Assembly (NCBI GenBank): GCA_964187785.1
Contig: OZ076411.1
Span: 62,062,001 to 62,126,000, forward strand
Direction: 5' to 3'
Length of the DNA stretch: 64,000 nt
Source: Amphiscolops sp. MND2022
Lineage: Eukaryota
The notes beneath the pieces are model-generated. The model saw only the letters and a list, made by a program, of their open reading frames with translations, ran no database searches and was not told where the DNA came from. Within the stretch, counting starts at the first letter, position 1, and the number at the start of each line of letters is the position of its first letter. Below are positions 1 through 12,623 of the stretch, one piece after another. The position numbers were made by a program, and so were the translations under genes.

Positions 1-233
1 CATTAGATACTTTCAGTGAATAATGATTTTTCAGAGGGAGCAATTATGCAAATATCACGCTAAATATGGCAAAATTCACGGTAAATAATGCTCAATTCCG
101 ATTGCCTAAATAATTCCACGCCGTGATTATGTGATTTTAATGCCTGACCCAGGGTCAACTGGAGCTGGCCCGATGGGTATTTAGTCGCTTGCGGCATTTG
201 ATGTCGATGTCTAATAAAAACCGATGCCGGGCA

Positions 234-637
234 TCAAGCATGTTTCGATACATCCAACCATGGTTTTATCTTGAAACTTGAGTCATTGGAATTGGATGTG
301 TGGATATGATAACTCACGTTTTGACAAGAAATGGCATGGCTTTCTGGTATTTCCACTTTTAAAGCTGGAATAGCAACTCTGGAGTTATGGCTGTGAGGGG
401 TGCTTCTGTTCATGGCGGAAAACACCTCGGCGCCTCCGTTGGGCGAACAACAGGTGTCCTGCGCGTTCTGCTGCGACCTTGCAGCGTAGATTGGCGACAG
501 GTTGCGCGAGACGGGTCTGCTGAGATTCTGCTGCTGCAAGGTAGGGAAATTGGTGGCGGAAGGCGACGCACAATTAGAGTGAGGTCTGCTTGGCGGAGTG
601 ATGATCCTGGTGTGCATTTGTTGGTGCTGTGGCTGAC
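234..637 (-). CDS. Mef2: Probable MEF2 terminal coding exon
   Basis: Acceptor ttcag|GT in phase 1 matches the phase-1 end of exon 997-1219. S/P/Q-rich and open to TGA at 234-236. Contains PALKVEIP, similar to the MEF2 PxLRVxIP motif. The five exons total 1188 nt (395 aa + stop). Confidence 0.65.
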
Positions 638-996
638 CTGAACATCCAATACATTCAATACGCACAGTACAACAAAAGATTCCTGCATCCTTATGAACAT
701 TGACTAACTTCAAAATAACCCAAACCGTCTCCGCCTAGCAACTTTTTGATCAACCAAAAACATTGGATCCAGAACATCAACAAATTTTTTTTTATTATTT
801 CTTGTTTTTCCCCAAGAGGTCGCCCCGAATACAAATAGCCATACCGTAATGAAAAATTGGTCAAAAATCGCGGCATTATAAATGTTTCCAATGCTTACTG
901 CTTCAAAAAGTAATCACTTGGATAATGACCGAGTTGATCGACTGAAACCGCTAAATTTGTTACATTTTCGCCTCTTGACTCTACAGTGAGTCTAAC

Positions 997-1219
997 CTAG
1001 CTGCATTTGCTGTTGGCGAGAAGACTGTGCTGCCGCTGCGGCCAACTGGGGGTCAGTGAGGATAGCGTTGCCCCCCGCAGCACCCACGGCGGCCCCGCTC
1101 ATAAGGGGCATGTGGGGGATCTGCAGAGTTAACGAAGGGTTGTGCGCATTCGATAGGGAAGATTGCAAACTGTCCAGTTTGTTCACCGCTTGACTGTCCC
1201 AGCAGTTGGTTAGATCGCC
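997..1219 (-). CDS. Mef2: Probable MEF2 downstream exon (Q/A/P-rich transactivation region)
   Basis: Acceptor tttatttgcag|GGC, donor G|GTTAGA (same donor hexamer as exon 2). GC-rich and open (GDLTNCWDSQ...QQQMQL). Its phase-0 start is compatible with exon 3. Assignment to MEF2 rests on strand, phase and composition, not on strong homology. Confidence 0.65.
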
Positions 1220-3314
1220 CTGCAAATAAAGTATTGATCACATTTGAAATCGACTTTTCGTTCCAAGTTGACGTCAATTATATTCATGTTGAGTGCCAGC
1301 GATAGACAATAAAACTCACGAGGAAATTCGACAAAGATCTACAACAGGCTTTGGAAAACTGTACTTGGGCTCGTTGTAATTGAAACCCGGAACTGAGCCT
1401 AAAATATGATTTACCCAATTTTACATTGGGTAATAATTCAAGGATACAAGACGCAACTGAAAAACATTTGCTCTCTTGAAGTTACGAGCAACCGACCCTG
1501 ACAAGTAACATTGAAACTTGGTTCCTGATGAAGTTAATGATGAAACACTGGTGTTAAACCATGATTTACTCTCTACCTTTTAGTACATAATTTATCAGCA
1601 TGTGCCGTCAAGTCATTGAAATATCAAGTTTTACATAAAAAGTTCACATCATAGTACACATGCAGCATTGATGCCTTTGGAACTATTTGTGAAAAAAACT
1701 TTTCCGCTGCGAAAAGGGAACTTGAGACATTGACAAATAACGCCCATACATCCAATCAATCTCCATTGTCTCCTCTTGGTGGGAACAGTACGTAGCTCTT
1801 GCGTGTCCGATACTTTTTCCAATTAATTCTTTCAAGGTCGCGCCTGTTTCACATTTCAGCAAAGCCGTATACAAATTACTGTTTACCCATTTAGCTGACT
1901 GCACACACAAAACTAGTTAAAAGATGGTAATGAAATGCAAATATGACATGCTATGGCCACATTCTCAGAGCCCGTCGCCAAAGTAATTTTGAAGGGCACA
2001 CGCATGTATAGAAAACTAAGATCAGACAACACCTTGGCGAATTGCGAAATTTCTACTATAATTTGTCAACGCAGCAGATGAACATACCAGCCGATTATTT
2101 GCGACATAACCTCTTAATCTTGAAAGAATTTTAGTGATTTTATTTTAACAATCCGTACGTAATAAAAAGTAGCCTTACGTTCTCTCGAGCCCACTCAATT
2201 ACATTGTTTCGTGAAACGATGAAAATACCAAAAGTATGAAATTTTTCCAGTTACATCTTGGCAACTAAAAGTTTTCGGGTGATTCCAACTTGGCTCAAAT
2301 AATAAATTCAATCAACGAATGATCAAATTCATTTTTCAAATCTGATTGGACAAAGACTTCTGTCCAGAAAAAAACGCAACCATGGCAATAGGAAATTACG
2401 ATAACGTAGACAGCTATGGTCACATACATCAGTGTCCTAAATGCAGGAGCGAAGCGACGTGTCATATATGGCTCAGTGGCTGGAGACGTGCGATGCGCCC
2501 CATAAGGAGGAAGGCAGTCATAACAAATTTTTTAAGAAATATTGCTGATATGATTTAGACGCTGAAACATTCAATTTTTGGGCTAAGTGGCGCCACCAAG
2601 TTTTCCGGCAAATTTTGGCAGACCAAAAGTAATATAGTAATATCAGAAAAGAAACTTATCAGAGCAGTTTTCAAGTTTTCCAGAAACATTTTCTTCATGA
2701 CTACCAACGAAGACGGCCTTCTTCACAATTTATGATACAAAACTAAGACAATATTAAGTCTGACTCTATCCTGAAGGAATTATCTTTCTTAAAGTAAAAT
2801 GTCTGGAAATCTCACGTTTGCAGAAAGCGCTTAAAGAGTTTTGTATAGCAAAAGCGATGTTCTACAGTAGTGATTCTAGAAGAAGCAACATAGCACGCGG
2901 AACGAAAGCAAATAAACAAATCTCATTGGTCTATCAAAGTCTCACGCGCTCATTTCATTGGTCGAGAGCGATTTCCAAAACATCATTTTTTAGTTTTTTT
3001 GAGTTTTTGACCCACTTACAATTTTTTGATTTCAAAATAATTTAGATGAAATTCAAACACATTTCGAATCTGACAATACATTTTTTTCTCGAAAGTATTT
3101 TAAATTGCATTAGTATGGATGGGCTTGTTTTAAGTTGTTAAACTTCAAAATCATATATTGATACATGTATTTTCGAAAAAGTCAAATTTTGCAACGCATT
3201 TTTTCTACGATTTTAAGATGATTTCTAAATAAAAACATACCAGGGGCTTCAGTTAAACCAGGGGGGTCAATTGAACAAAAAATATTTCAATGAAGGCGCT
3301 GAATGAATATAATA

Positions 3315-4094
3315 CCGTGTTTCCCCGATAATGAACCATGGCTTATTTTCCGAGTGACCATTAAAAACAGGGCTTATTTTCGGGGGTGGCTTATTTTCGG
3401 GGTAGAGCTTCTTTTGGTGAAAACAGAGTGTAGAAGAATTGAATTAATCATCATCAATTACAATTTCATCATCCTCAAGCACATCAATCATATCAGTACC
3501 AGCTTCATTTTCAAAATCACTGTTTTCTTCATTTATTCGTTTCATAATTTCGTGTCCATACTCAGTGTTCTTTACGATATAAGTCTCCTCGAAAGTTGCA
3601 CTTTCATGCAGATATCCGGCAATTTGGCGCCCGCTGCCTTTACTTCGCTTTTTGGCGTCCCCTGATTCACACCGATATGCAATTTGTTCATACTTTTGAA
3701 TCCATCTTCGCACCATTCTGAGCTCCAATTTGTTTTGTGGGCAAAACTGTGCCAAATTTTTCCCCTTCGCTTCTTCAACTGTGTTGTTTGAATTCGTTCG
3801 TATAAGAATTGCGATTGGCGCTCATCTTGTCAAACGTAAATGCGTGTAAATAAATTAAATGAAATCAGCTTAGTTGACAATATCATGTAGAGATAAGGAC
3901 TCATATCATATCTCTTTGATAAAATGCGAATTGATTGTTCACACGCGCATGCACGCTAATCTATTCTCCAGATGAAACCAGTCAAGCAGTTCGACTCGTT
4001 GGTTTATTTATGGGGTGGCTTATTTTCGGGGTAGGGCTTATTTTCAGTGGTTGCAAAAATTTCTGAGGGGTGGCTTATTTTCGGGGAAACACGG
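3315..4094 (-). mobile_element. Internally deleted pogo/Tigger-like (Tc1/mariner) DNA transposon
   Basis: TA-flanked 14-bp TIR CCGTGTTTCCCCGA...TCGGGGAAACACGG. Repeated subterminal motif GGCTTATTTTCGGGG near both ends. Residual minus-strand ORF inside. Confidence 0.85.
3444..3825 (-). pseudogene. pogo-like transposase remnant (N-terminal HTH joined to acidic C-tail)
   Basis: MSANRNSYTNEFK...LELRMVRRW resembles the CENP-B/Brinker-type HTH of pogo transposases. It runs into an acidic tail (EDDEIVIDDD). The DDE domain is absent and the frame is broken. Confidence 0.65.
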
Positions 4095-4656
4095 TACCTC
4101 AGTGGTAATACCAAAATCGAAATTTTCATATCTAATCATTCATAATTAAAAACCATTTATACTGCTACTTTTGACCTTTCTGAAAAAGTATATACGACTT
4201 TCTCGATGAAGCAACGTGTTAATGCGTATTATAAAGAAACGAATGATTATTCAACTGGAGTGACGCGATTCAATTTCGTTGTGGAAAAGGAGCTATCAAA
4301 TCGCTAGTCGCGTTTGTTCGGGGCGCTTTTAACTGATGTGCTTTTGTCTGGTAAACATCGGGCGGGGGGGCTGCAAAAACTTGGGAGTGAAATGAAGAAT
4401 CATGAAAATTAGCAATCGACTTAACGACTTCACATTGTGTTAGTCACAATCATACTGCATTCAAAAAAACCTTTAGTCAAGCATTTAAATTTGGAAGCCT
4501 GTTACCAAACCATCATACCACCAAGGTTCCACCATGTTTGAAATAAAATCCTCTGCAAAGACTTCAATTTCCGGATAACTTTAGGAATGTTCATGAAAAT
4601 TCATTCCAAAAACTCAGGGTCACTTAAATTCTCGGAACCGTGGCATTATCCATATA

Positions 4657-4830
4657 GAGTGGATCCCGGATATAATCAAAGCCAACGGAACGACTAGCGG
4701 TGTTTCTTATAATCAAACTTCCTTATATGCGAGTTTAAAAAGGAATTAAATTGGCAGTTGGGGCCAAGATACGCATTGACCATAAGCGGGTATTTTTCAT
4801 ACGCAAGTTCCTTATATCAGGGATCCACTG
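4657..4830. mobile_element. 174-bp MITE (Tc1/mariner-type)
   Basis: TA-flanked imperfect TIR (G/C)AGTGGATCCC(G/T)GATATAA at both ends; no ORF. Confidence 0.75.
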
Positions 4831-7800
4831 TAATAGCAACTGTCCCTTGAAACCCTTAAAATTCTTTGGAATGACTGCTCCAAGAGTTTTTCCACAAAAT
4901 TAAACGACTGATGACATTTAACATCGCTATTTTTAACCCCCTTTGGCGCCTTTTTTTAACCCATGCAGTCAGTCTGTGGTGTGTGAGATTCCCTGAGATA
5001 ACTTCCATGCAATTGTTGACCATGCATGAAATGAAGTCAAGTCGAAAGGAGCGAGTGGTTACTTGATAGCATGTTTTAGCAATTAAGTGACATTAACGTC
5101 AATTTCCTCAGCTTGAAGCTTAACATCCTCGTTCTCGTTTGCAGCACAGCAAAGGAGCTTGTTGGGATAAACAACGAGCAAGCTACTTTCTCCATTATAA
5201 ACATCAACAATCTAAGCCTTTTCAGAGTATAGCATGTTTTACGTGAACTTCAACGTTCTGATCGCACAGTCCTGTGATAAAAGAATGGAACCCTTGTTTG
5301 GTAATTAATTTTGGAACGCCTAATGATTTCGCGAATTTCTGAAAAAAAATTCCAAAGAAATGATAGAAACGAAAGTTTCTTGGATTTTTGTCCAGTTTAC
5401 ATTCCTCTAATTTTGGAAGTCTTAACACCACTAGTATGAGACAAGTTTGCAAATAATAATTTTTACATGTAAAACATTGAAAATTCAGTGGCAGAGTCTA
5501 AATTAGGAGCAGAAGCTAGTCATTATTTATTTTCTAATATTGTTCAAGGTGCCCAATATTTCCTCATTACACTCAAAAACTTTGAGCTCCCTAAAATGTA
5601 CATTCTCAAATCCGTTGTTTCAAATCTATACCAATCCTAATACATGTATCAAAATTTTTTCAGTGGAGATTGTCTATTTTCTTGGAGATTGTCGGATGTG
5701 TAAATACTAACTGTCTCAAAGTTTGACAGTGCAATCAGTGGACAGCGATGAATCGGAAGATTAAAAATCCAACCAAAATTGTTTCTAAATTACGCAAAAA
5801 TCAAAAGCTTGGCTTGCAAACTAAATAATACATAGAGAGGTATTGGAAACTAATTTTCGCAATATTTGTCGTAGAAGGTTCAAATAACCACAGTTGTAAT
5901 AAACTAAATTAATTTCCAAGAAACTTATAAGAGGCATTTCTCCTGATTATGAATAGTTTGAGATATGAGCAGAAAAATGGAGTGTTCCAAACATTAATGT
6001 CAATTAGGGGTTCCATTCTTTTATCACAGGACTGCAGTAGTAAACAGTAAAAATCACCACATGATTTGCGGAAAAGGGACTTGATGGAGCTGATAAAATG
6101 GAGCATTGATAACTTTTCAGTCTCGATACAGAGTCACACTGATTGGCATTGATTTAATTAGGTACTTGGTTCTGCGAGATCAATATACATCAGTGTACAT
6201 TATAGAGAGCCTGGTTCACCGTAAGAACCAACTGACGCCACTGAAAGGTACAGATAGAAGACATTTAAGTAGGACAAATGGTATTTTGCTGAATCTTCGC
6301 ATGAACAAAATTAAGTGTTGGCACAAAAGGTCAAACGCTAATATGAAGACACTCAGTTTCAGTTTGGAGAACTCTCGATCGAACGGAGTTTTCAACACAT
6401 CTTTGTTGACATGCAATGCAAACGTTTCTCAAATGCTACGCATTGAACAGGAATAGGCTTAAAATACCACGAAAAACTTGTTGGTGAAATAACAGTAAAG
6501 GGCGAAATCGAAAAACCCGTTCTAAAAAAAATCTAATTTTGACTTGAAGACCATTCTGACGTCGAAATAAATTCTTAACCATCGAAATTACCGTTTAGGA
6601 CATTGACTATTGTACGTCAGTGAGTTGACGACGGCACATGTGCACGAATCTTCTTGTACCGTTACCGATTTACACGAGAAAATAAAGCAACTTCATTACA
6701 TTCCGTATTGAGTATAAGTTCGCTCGGTCGCAAAAATAACTCGGAAAGGAATGAAATGATCCTAACACTCTGGTGAGAAAAGGAACTGGAACAAGGGATC
6801 AAGAATCTAGTTCTGGAGATCTTCTATAAATGAATTTGGAAAAGGTTAAAATTACATATTCTGAATGAACTGAATTTTTTACATCGATACACGGTAATTT
6901 CTCTGTACACGATACCGATGCACTGAAGGAAAATCACGAAAAACACGATACACTATTTTAGTACACGAGTCAATGCTCTGTTGTACGAAAACAGTCAACT
7001 ATGCATTCTCAGATGATGCTGACTTTAGTTGGAAACTATTCAACTATAAGGCTATACAGCGGATACCAGCGATAGAAAATTGATGAATTTCGAGCCCAAA
7101 AAACGCCAATAGGAAATTACAAGGGTCCTGTGCTGGATGCATATTGATTTTTGAAATTATCTATTCACAATACGCCTGGGAGTTTATCCAAGCAACGTTT
7201 TTTTTTGAGAATCATTTCGATTCATCCTTCAATGAGTTGAACAAAATGTAGAAGCAACCAGCGTAACAAATAACCAACAATAGACATTAGGAATTTTTCG
7301 CGAAAACACTCTCAATAAAAAGCTTGATCTGGCGAACTTTGTTTCCGAAGAATGAATTCTAGACTCAATGAAGTCAATTCCAAAACTAAAACATGGACGA
7401 AACTTCCTGCAAGCATTTTGAAGTATACATTCAGAGAAACCCTAATTTCGAATACCATATTCAACATGAAACAAAGGAAATTAACAAGTTTTGTTGCTTG
7501 ATATACAAAGTACGACATAGGTAATCAGGCAATTAATATGTCTTCCATAATGCATATGCAGAATCGACCACTGAATACGGAATTGTCATCTACGGAGCAG
7601 CAAATAAGATCCAAGGTGAAAAAGATACTGCTCAGATACAAAATGACATTTTTTCAGAGAATGAACATCCTGATATCTGCATATGAAGAATACCAGATCT
7701 CAATGAAACATACATATCGAAACATTGTCACTAAGTTTTACCACACACAGACAGTTTCGAAAAGTTAAAGTTTGTTCGAAACTAAATGAACATTCAAATA

Positions 7801-8269
7801 GTCACGATACTTGTAGCACAACGAAAAACTCTAAGACTTCATCGAAACGTATTATCGATTACGACTTTTTTGAGAACAGTTAGAAACAATCGACAGTTTT
7901 CGTTGATTTTCAGCATTAGACGTGGATTCGGCAAGAATTAGGTGTCCCAATCTAGCAAACGCTGGGGTGATCATCTTTTTCATCTTGAGTCAACAAACTA
8001 ATTGCAGTTTATGGTATAACGCAGATAACAAGTACTGTGGAAAATATGAAGTCAGAATATACTTGTTGTTTCTAGATTTTTTAGTCGGCGCTTCATGAAG
8101 TGAAACGCGACTATTATAGTGACTCTTTTTTTTTCTATCCACACGAACTGACCAAAATAGTTCTTAAAAGTTCTACAAAATATTATGGTGTCAAATTGCA
8201 CCATTTGGCCTAGCGAATTGGACCAAAATGGTTTTACCTGTTTTTCCGCGTAACATACCATACCGGGAG

Positions 8270-8760
8270 AGACCAAAGAGTCCCCCCTTTCAATTTTTTT
8301 CGGCACTGCGAGACATTTTTTTCGGAATTTTTTTTTTCGAAATTTTTTTCCTCAAAGGGTCCCCCCTGCATTTTTTTGATGTTTTGCGACAGAATGGATG
8401 TTGGAAAATCCCAAAGGGTTCCTCCTTTCAGTTTTTTTCGGCATTGTGAGATTTTTTCCCGAAAATAAAAAAAATTTTTTTTCTTCAATTTTTTCATGCT
8501 TTGCGACAGAATGGATGTTGAAAAACCTCAAAGGGTCCCCCCTTTCAGTTTTTCGGCATTGTGAGACGTTAGCGCGCCAGGGGCTCGCGCTAGCGAGCCC
8601 CGGCGCGCCACTCGGTCCAATTTTTTTAGTACGTAATTTTTTCAAAAAATTTCGATTTTCGAGTACTGTAAAAGAGTACTTGACACTTGGAAGTCTTTTT
8701 GCTATTTTTGAGCCTTGGATATGGCGCCGACTTGGGCCGGTCCCGGCTTGTTTGAACTTC
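8270..8760 (-). mobile_element. Helentron-associated (HINE/DINE-1/pearl-like) non-autonomous element with internal tandem array
   Basis: The minus-strand end begins AAACAAGCCGGGACCGGC. A GC hairpin lies at 8572-8608. It is followed by 2-3 tandem ~120-140-bp units (AAAGGGTCCCCCTTTCA...CGGCATTGTGAGA...GCGACAGAATGGATGTTG) at 8270-8566. The class is inferred from architecture only. Confidence 0.45.
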
Positions 8761-11268
8761 CGCCTATATCCTTGAAGACATCTAAAGGGCACACTTTTAC
8801 GCCTACTGATGTTTAGAATATTTTGGAAATATTTTAATCAATTCTCAAAAGTTATTCCTTTGGTTTTTTAAAAAGTTCAGCTAGGAAAGTCTGTTGGCCT
8901 CCAAACCACACATTGAAAATATTTCGGCAGAGTGAGATTATTCAGACCTTTTATGAAAACAGCGTTTTAGCATTTTAGACGTTCCTCTCTTGTTTGGTTC
9001 TATATAGTTGAATATCCAAAACTCACAACAACCGTCAAGCTCTGAAAGTCATGTGAACCATGGCTTCAAAAGCACAGCGACAACCAAAAATTCACAGTAT
9101 CAAAATCGACTCACTGATAGTTTTCGACACTTGGGGTAAATCTTGAGACTCAAAACAAATTTTTCAAACAATTTTAAACAATTTTTTTAGCCAACGATTA
9201 ATCATAAATACTGGTTCGCTTTATGCCAAGACTCCAAGTCTCTCAAGAATTTTGAAAGCGGGAGAAAATTCTCTTAGTTTTCATGCGCTCAAAGAATAAC
9301 TCAGGTTTTTACTCCTCCCATGTCTGTTCGTTTCTATACAATAGAAAACTTGGAATAGAGAAGAAACCTTATAACAATAATTCAAGCGGTATCTGGTTAA
9401 GCTCAAGAAGCGTTGAAAATTTTTTGAATCACTGAATACTTCAAGTTTCCATTTTGGGATTTTCAGGACAAGAAAACCCCTCGTGACAAGAAAAAAATTG
9501 TCAAAAGAAGTATTAGTCATCTAAAGTAGGTTCAATAATGAACACAACTTCAAAAAATATGAAAGGAAAGACCAATTTTTGTCCAGAAAAGAGGAACTGC
9601 TTAGTGGGCATTTCCGCAATTTGGCATATGTAATTAACAGCATGAATGACGACCCAGGCAACACTCGCTTATGATTCAAAGTGACTCATAACCTTTTAAC
9701 CTTGAAAAATGGTACGCAGAATATTCCATCATGCAACCTATTGGTGTGAAAAATAATTGATTAGCAAGATCGGCCGCCGAGTTGTTTGTCAACATCGGAC
9801 AATATCTTTGAAATTTTTAACTCTCATTTATTCTAGCTAATACAGAATAAGTTATCGATTTCGATGGGGGCTAATTTAATTTTGTACCGAATTTTGGGAT
9901 TATAAAAGTTGAAAATACATTAGCATTATTGCAGCCAGGAGATATTAACGATCAGACATTTTGGCGCAAAAAGACACCAGCAATGCAAGAGACTGTAATT
10001 CGATACTGCTGTCAATCAGCGTAAAAATGACATCAAGTCATCCACTTTGTCTTACTGCCTAATAGTCTCAAAAGAAATCCAATTTGGAGCGGCGCTCAGC
10101 AAGAAACGAGAAGGATATACTATACTAAACAAACATGGAAACTTCAAGACACGCTTAGCCGCTATTTTCAAGGAAGCGACGAAACTAAACAAAAACATTT
10201 CAAGAGACTCTGTGAACCCAGACAGTGGGCAATTCATGGTAACACGTTCCTTCTACTGCCATGACATGAAACATGCATAAATTTTTCTCAAAAGGTCAAA
10301 ACTATGCATCCGATCAACTATCAAAAGATTTCACCGGTGGTTGAAAAACTAATTTCATTAATTAAACTCGAATATCGTTTTACGCGCAACTTTTGTTTTT
10401 CTTATTCCATGATTTTTGGATTTTTTTTTCAAATTTTTGTTTAAAAAGAGCTTTCGCAACAAACACCATGTTTCTAGAAAAAAAACTCGCAGAATAAAGC
10501 TAGACAAACGCAGAGAACGGAGAACCTTGAGGCTAGAGTATTTTAATAAACCGAATTGCGACTCACTGAAGTTCAACTATCCTGAGAAAGAATGAATTCT
10601 TGAAACATGCAAAACCATTTGCAGCCAGAGTTAAAGACGGTGACCAATACGGTATTACCACCATTAGCACAACCAGGCGCGTGAATTGAGCGAAAAGCAG
10701 CGACTTTTACTTCGAGCCAGTCAAATTTGCTGGCTCTACAGATGTTCAATTTCTTCGAGTGGCGACCGAGTATGAGAATTCAGCAGTAACTCAACATGTG
10801 CCAATCTATATTATCCCGAGTCGGCTTCTTTCATCTCAAAAGTCGTTGTATCAGTTTTGACACTTTTCCGGTCATATTGTTGGAGAAGCGCCACACAATT
10901 GTTTATTAATCATGGAAAGCGTCCAAGAGTATACTCTCAAGATGAGTTTAATAAAATCACAAATCCTCATTTTGTTTTTTGCAAAAAAATCAGCTATGCT
11001 TTCACTGTGAACAACCACACTACAGTATGTGAAGCTATAGAGAAACAATAACGATCTGCGATTGCGGGGTCTAATTAAACTGGATTAAGAGGCACTTATT
11101 GTTCTATTTTTGGAAGTTGCTCTTTTAAAGCCTCCTTCAAGGGCCAAAGTAGAGTAGCCCGCCTAGTTGTTACAACGGATTATCAACAAGTTGTTGACAA
11201 CAACTCATATAAGCAACTTAGTAAAATTTGTATGAAACATCGATGTTACATCACACATTACGTATGTA

Positions 11269-11669
11269 CTCTGTTGTGCTTAATAAGAGGGGGGGTCATA
11301 TTTAGAGGGGGGGTCTAGCAAATTTCTGGCGGACAGTAAGAGGGGGGGTCTAAATTACAGGGGGGGTCTAAGTTATTTTCCGGCCGGTTTTCTGAATTTT
11401 CGTCTTTGTTGATTGATTTCCGAGATCAGTTTGTTGAAAAATGGCCGTAGCTCGTTAGAAGCGGTAGATATTTCTTGCTTAACTGTATTTTCGATTCGAG
11501 ACAAACTTTGAATCTGCTCTTTGCTCTTTCTGCCAGGGTTCGAACCTGGGCGTGAGCTTTTTTTTCTTTCGTGTTTGCTACCAGGGGGGGGTCATAATAA
11601 GAGGGGGGGTCCCTGATTTTCAGGCAGAGACAGTAGTAGGTACCCCCCCTCTTATTAAGCACAACAGAG
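11269..11669. mobile_element. 401-bp MITE with G-tract subterminal repeats
   Basis: TA-flanked ~27-bp TIR CTCTGTTGTGCTTAATAAGAGGGGGGG / CCCCCCCTCTTATTAAGCACAACAGAG. Six (A)GGGGGGG(G)TC motifs inside. Confidence 0.85.
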
Positions 11670-12551
11670 TATCATTCCAGAAAGTTGAGAACTTAGTTAT
11701 CGTATTCAGCTCTCAAGTCACCCCGTCTCGCCCACTGAGCTATTTTTAGAACAGGAGGATGGATAAAAATAGAACAAGGAGGTGAAGAAACAAACAAAAT
11801 AAGTACGTGGGAGGGATTGAAATCAATTGTGATTGGTGGAAAGTAAATCACGCCTTGTTCGAAATTCAACACGCGAAATTCAAATCTCGAAAGCTTGATC
11901 TAGAAATTACAGAGACAGTTTTGAATGAAATCAGAAATGTAATCGAAAAAAATACTTTTGATTTAGAGGGGCGAAAAACCTGTAAGAAATAATGTCTAAA
12001 AGCGTTTCTAGAATAACCTCTATTTATTCAACTCTATTCAGTCTAAAAGTGTTTCGGGAATAATGTCTAAATTGTTGCGGAATAACGTCTAGAATGAAGG
12101 CTAAGAATTGTATTTAGAAAACTGTTAATCATCATTTGACATCGGAAAAGGTTTTTATTTGAAATCGATCACTCAAATTATAAAAAAGTGCAAATTTGAT
12201 TAAATCTTGTATAAATTAACAATTTCTAACTTTCGTATCGGTGTCGCAAAATATTCAAAACATTTTTGTAAACTAGGTAAATTTATGAGAAACTTGTAGC
12301 CGGCAAATTTTTCTGTTACAGTTTTCAAGATAATTATTGGATTTGACATTTGGTATTTTAAACAATGGAGTAGCGATATTTTAGAACGCTACTGCAGTTT
12401 TGCATTGGGAGCTGATAAATGACGCATCAGTTATAGGTAACATTACAGGAAAGCTTTTCTAGAGCTTTTAAATGGATACCTTCATATCACAATAATGAAG
12501 CAAAACTATCGGGAAAGATAACATACGGTGTTTTGATAACTTGAAGTCTTC

Positions 12552-12623
12552 GTATGCTTCTAATGGTTTTTCAATTTGGAGATAACACTGTTATCTTCAA
12601 TTGAAAAACCATTAGAAGCATAC
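12552..12623. repeat. Near-perfect 72-bp palindrome
   Basis: GTATGCTTCTAATGGTTTTTCAATT (25 bp) pairs perfectly with AATTGAAAAACCATTAGAAGCATAC. Inner 10-bp stem with one mismatch and a 1-nt loop. Confidence 0.9.

Noticed and set aside
6100-6420. hAT transposase C-terminal dimerisation remnant (minus strand LLSVPFSGVS)
   Set aside because: A single weak motif with no TIRs or other transposase blocks found.
11740-11749. MEF2 autoregulatory site CTATTTTTAG (also CTATATTTAG at ~49926)
   Set aside because: Such 10-mers are expected by chance in 64 kb of AT-rich DNA; no clustering or conservation evidence.
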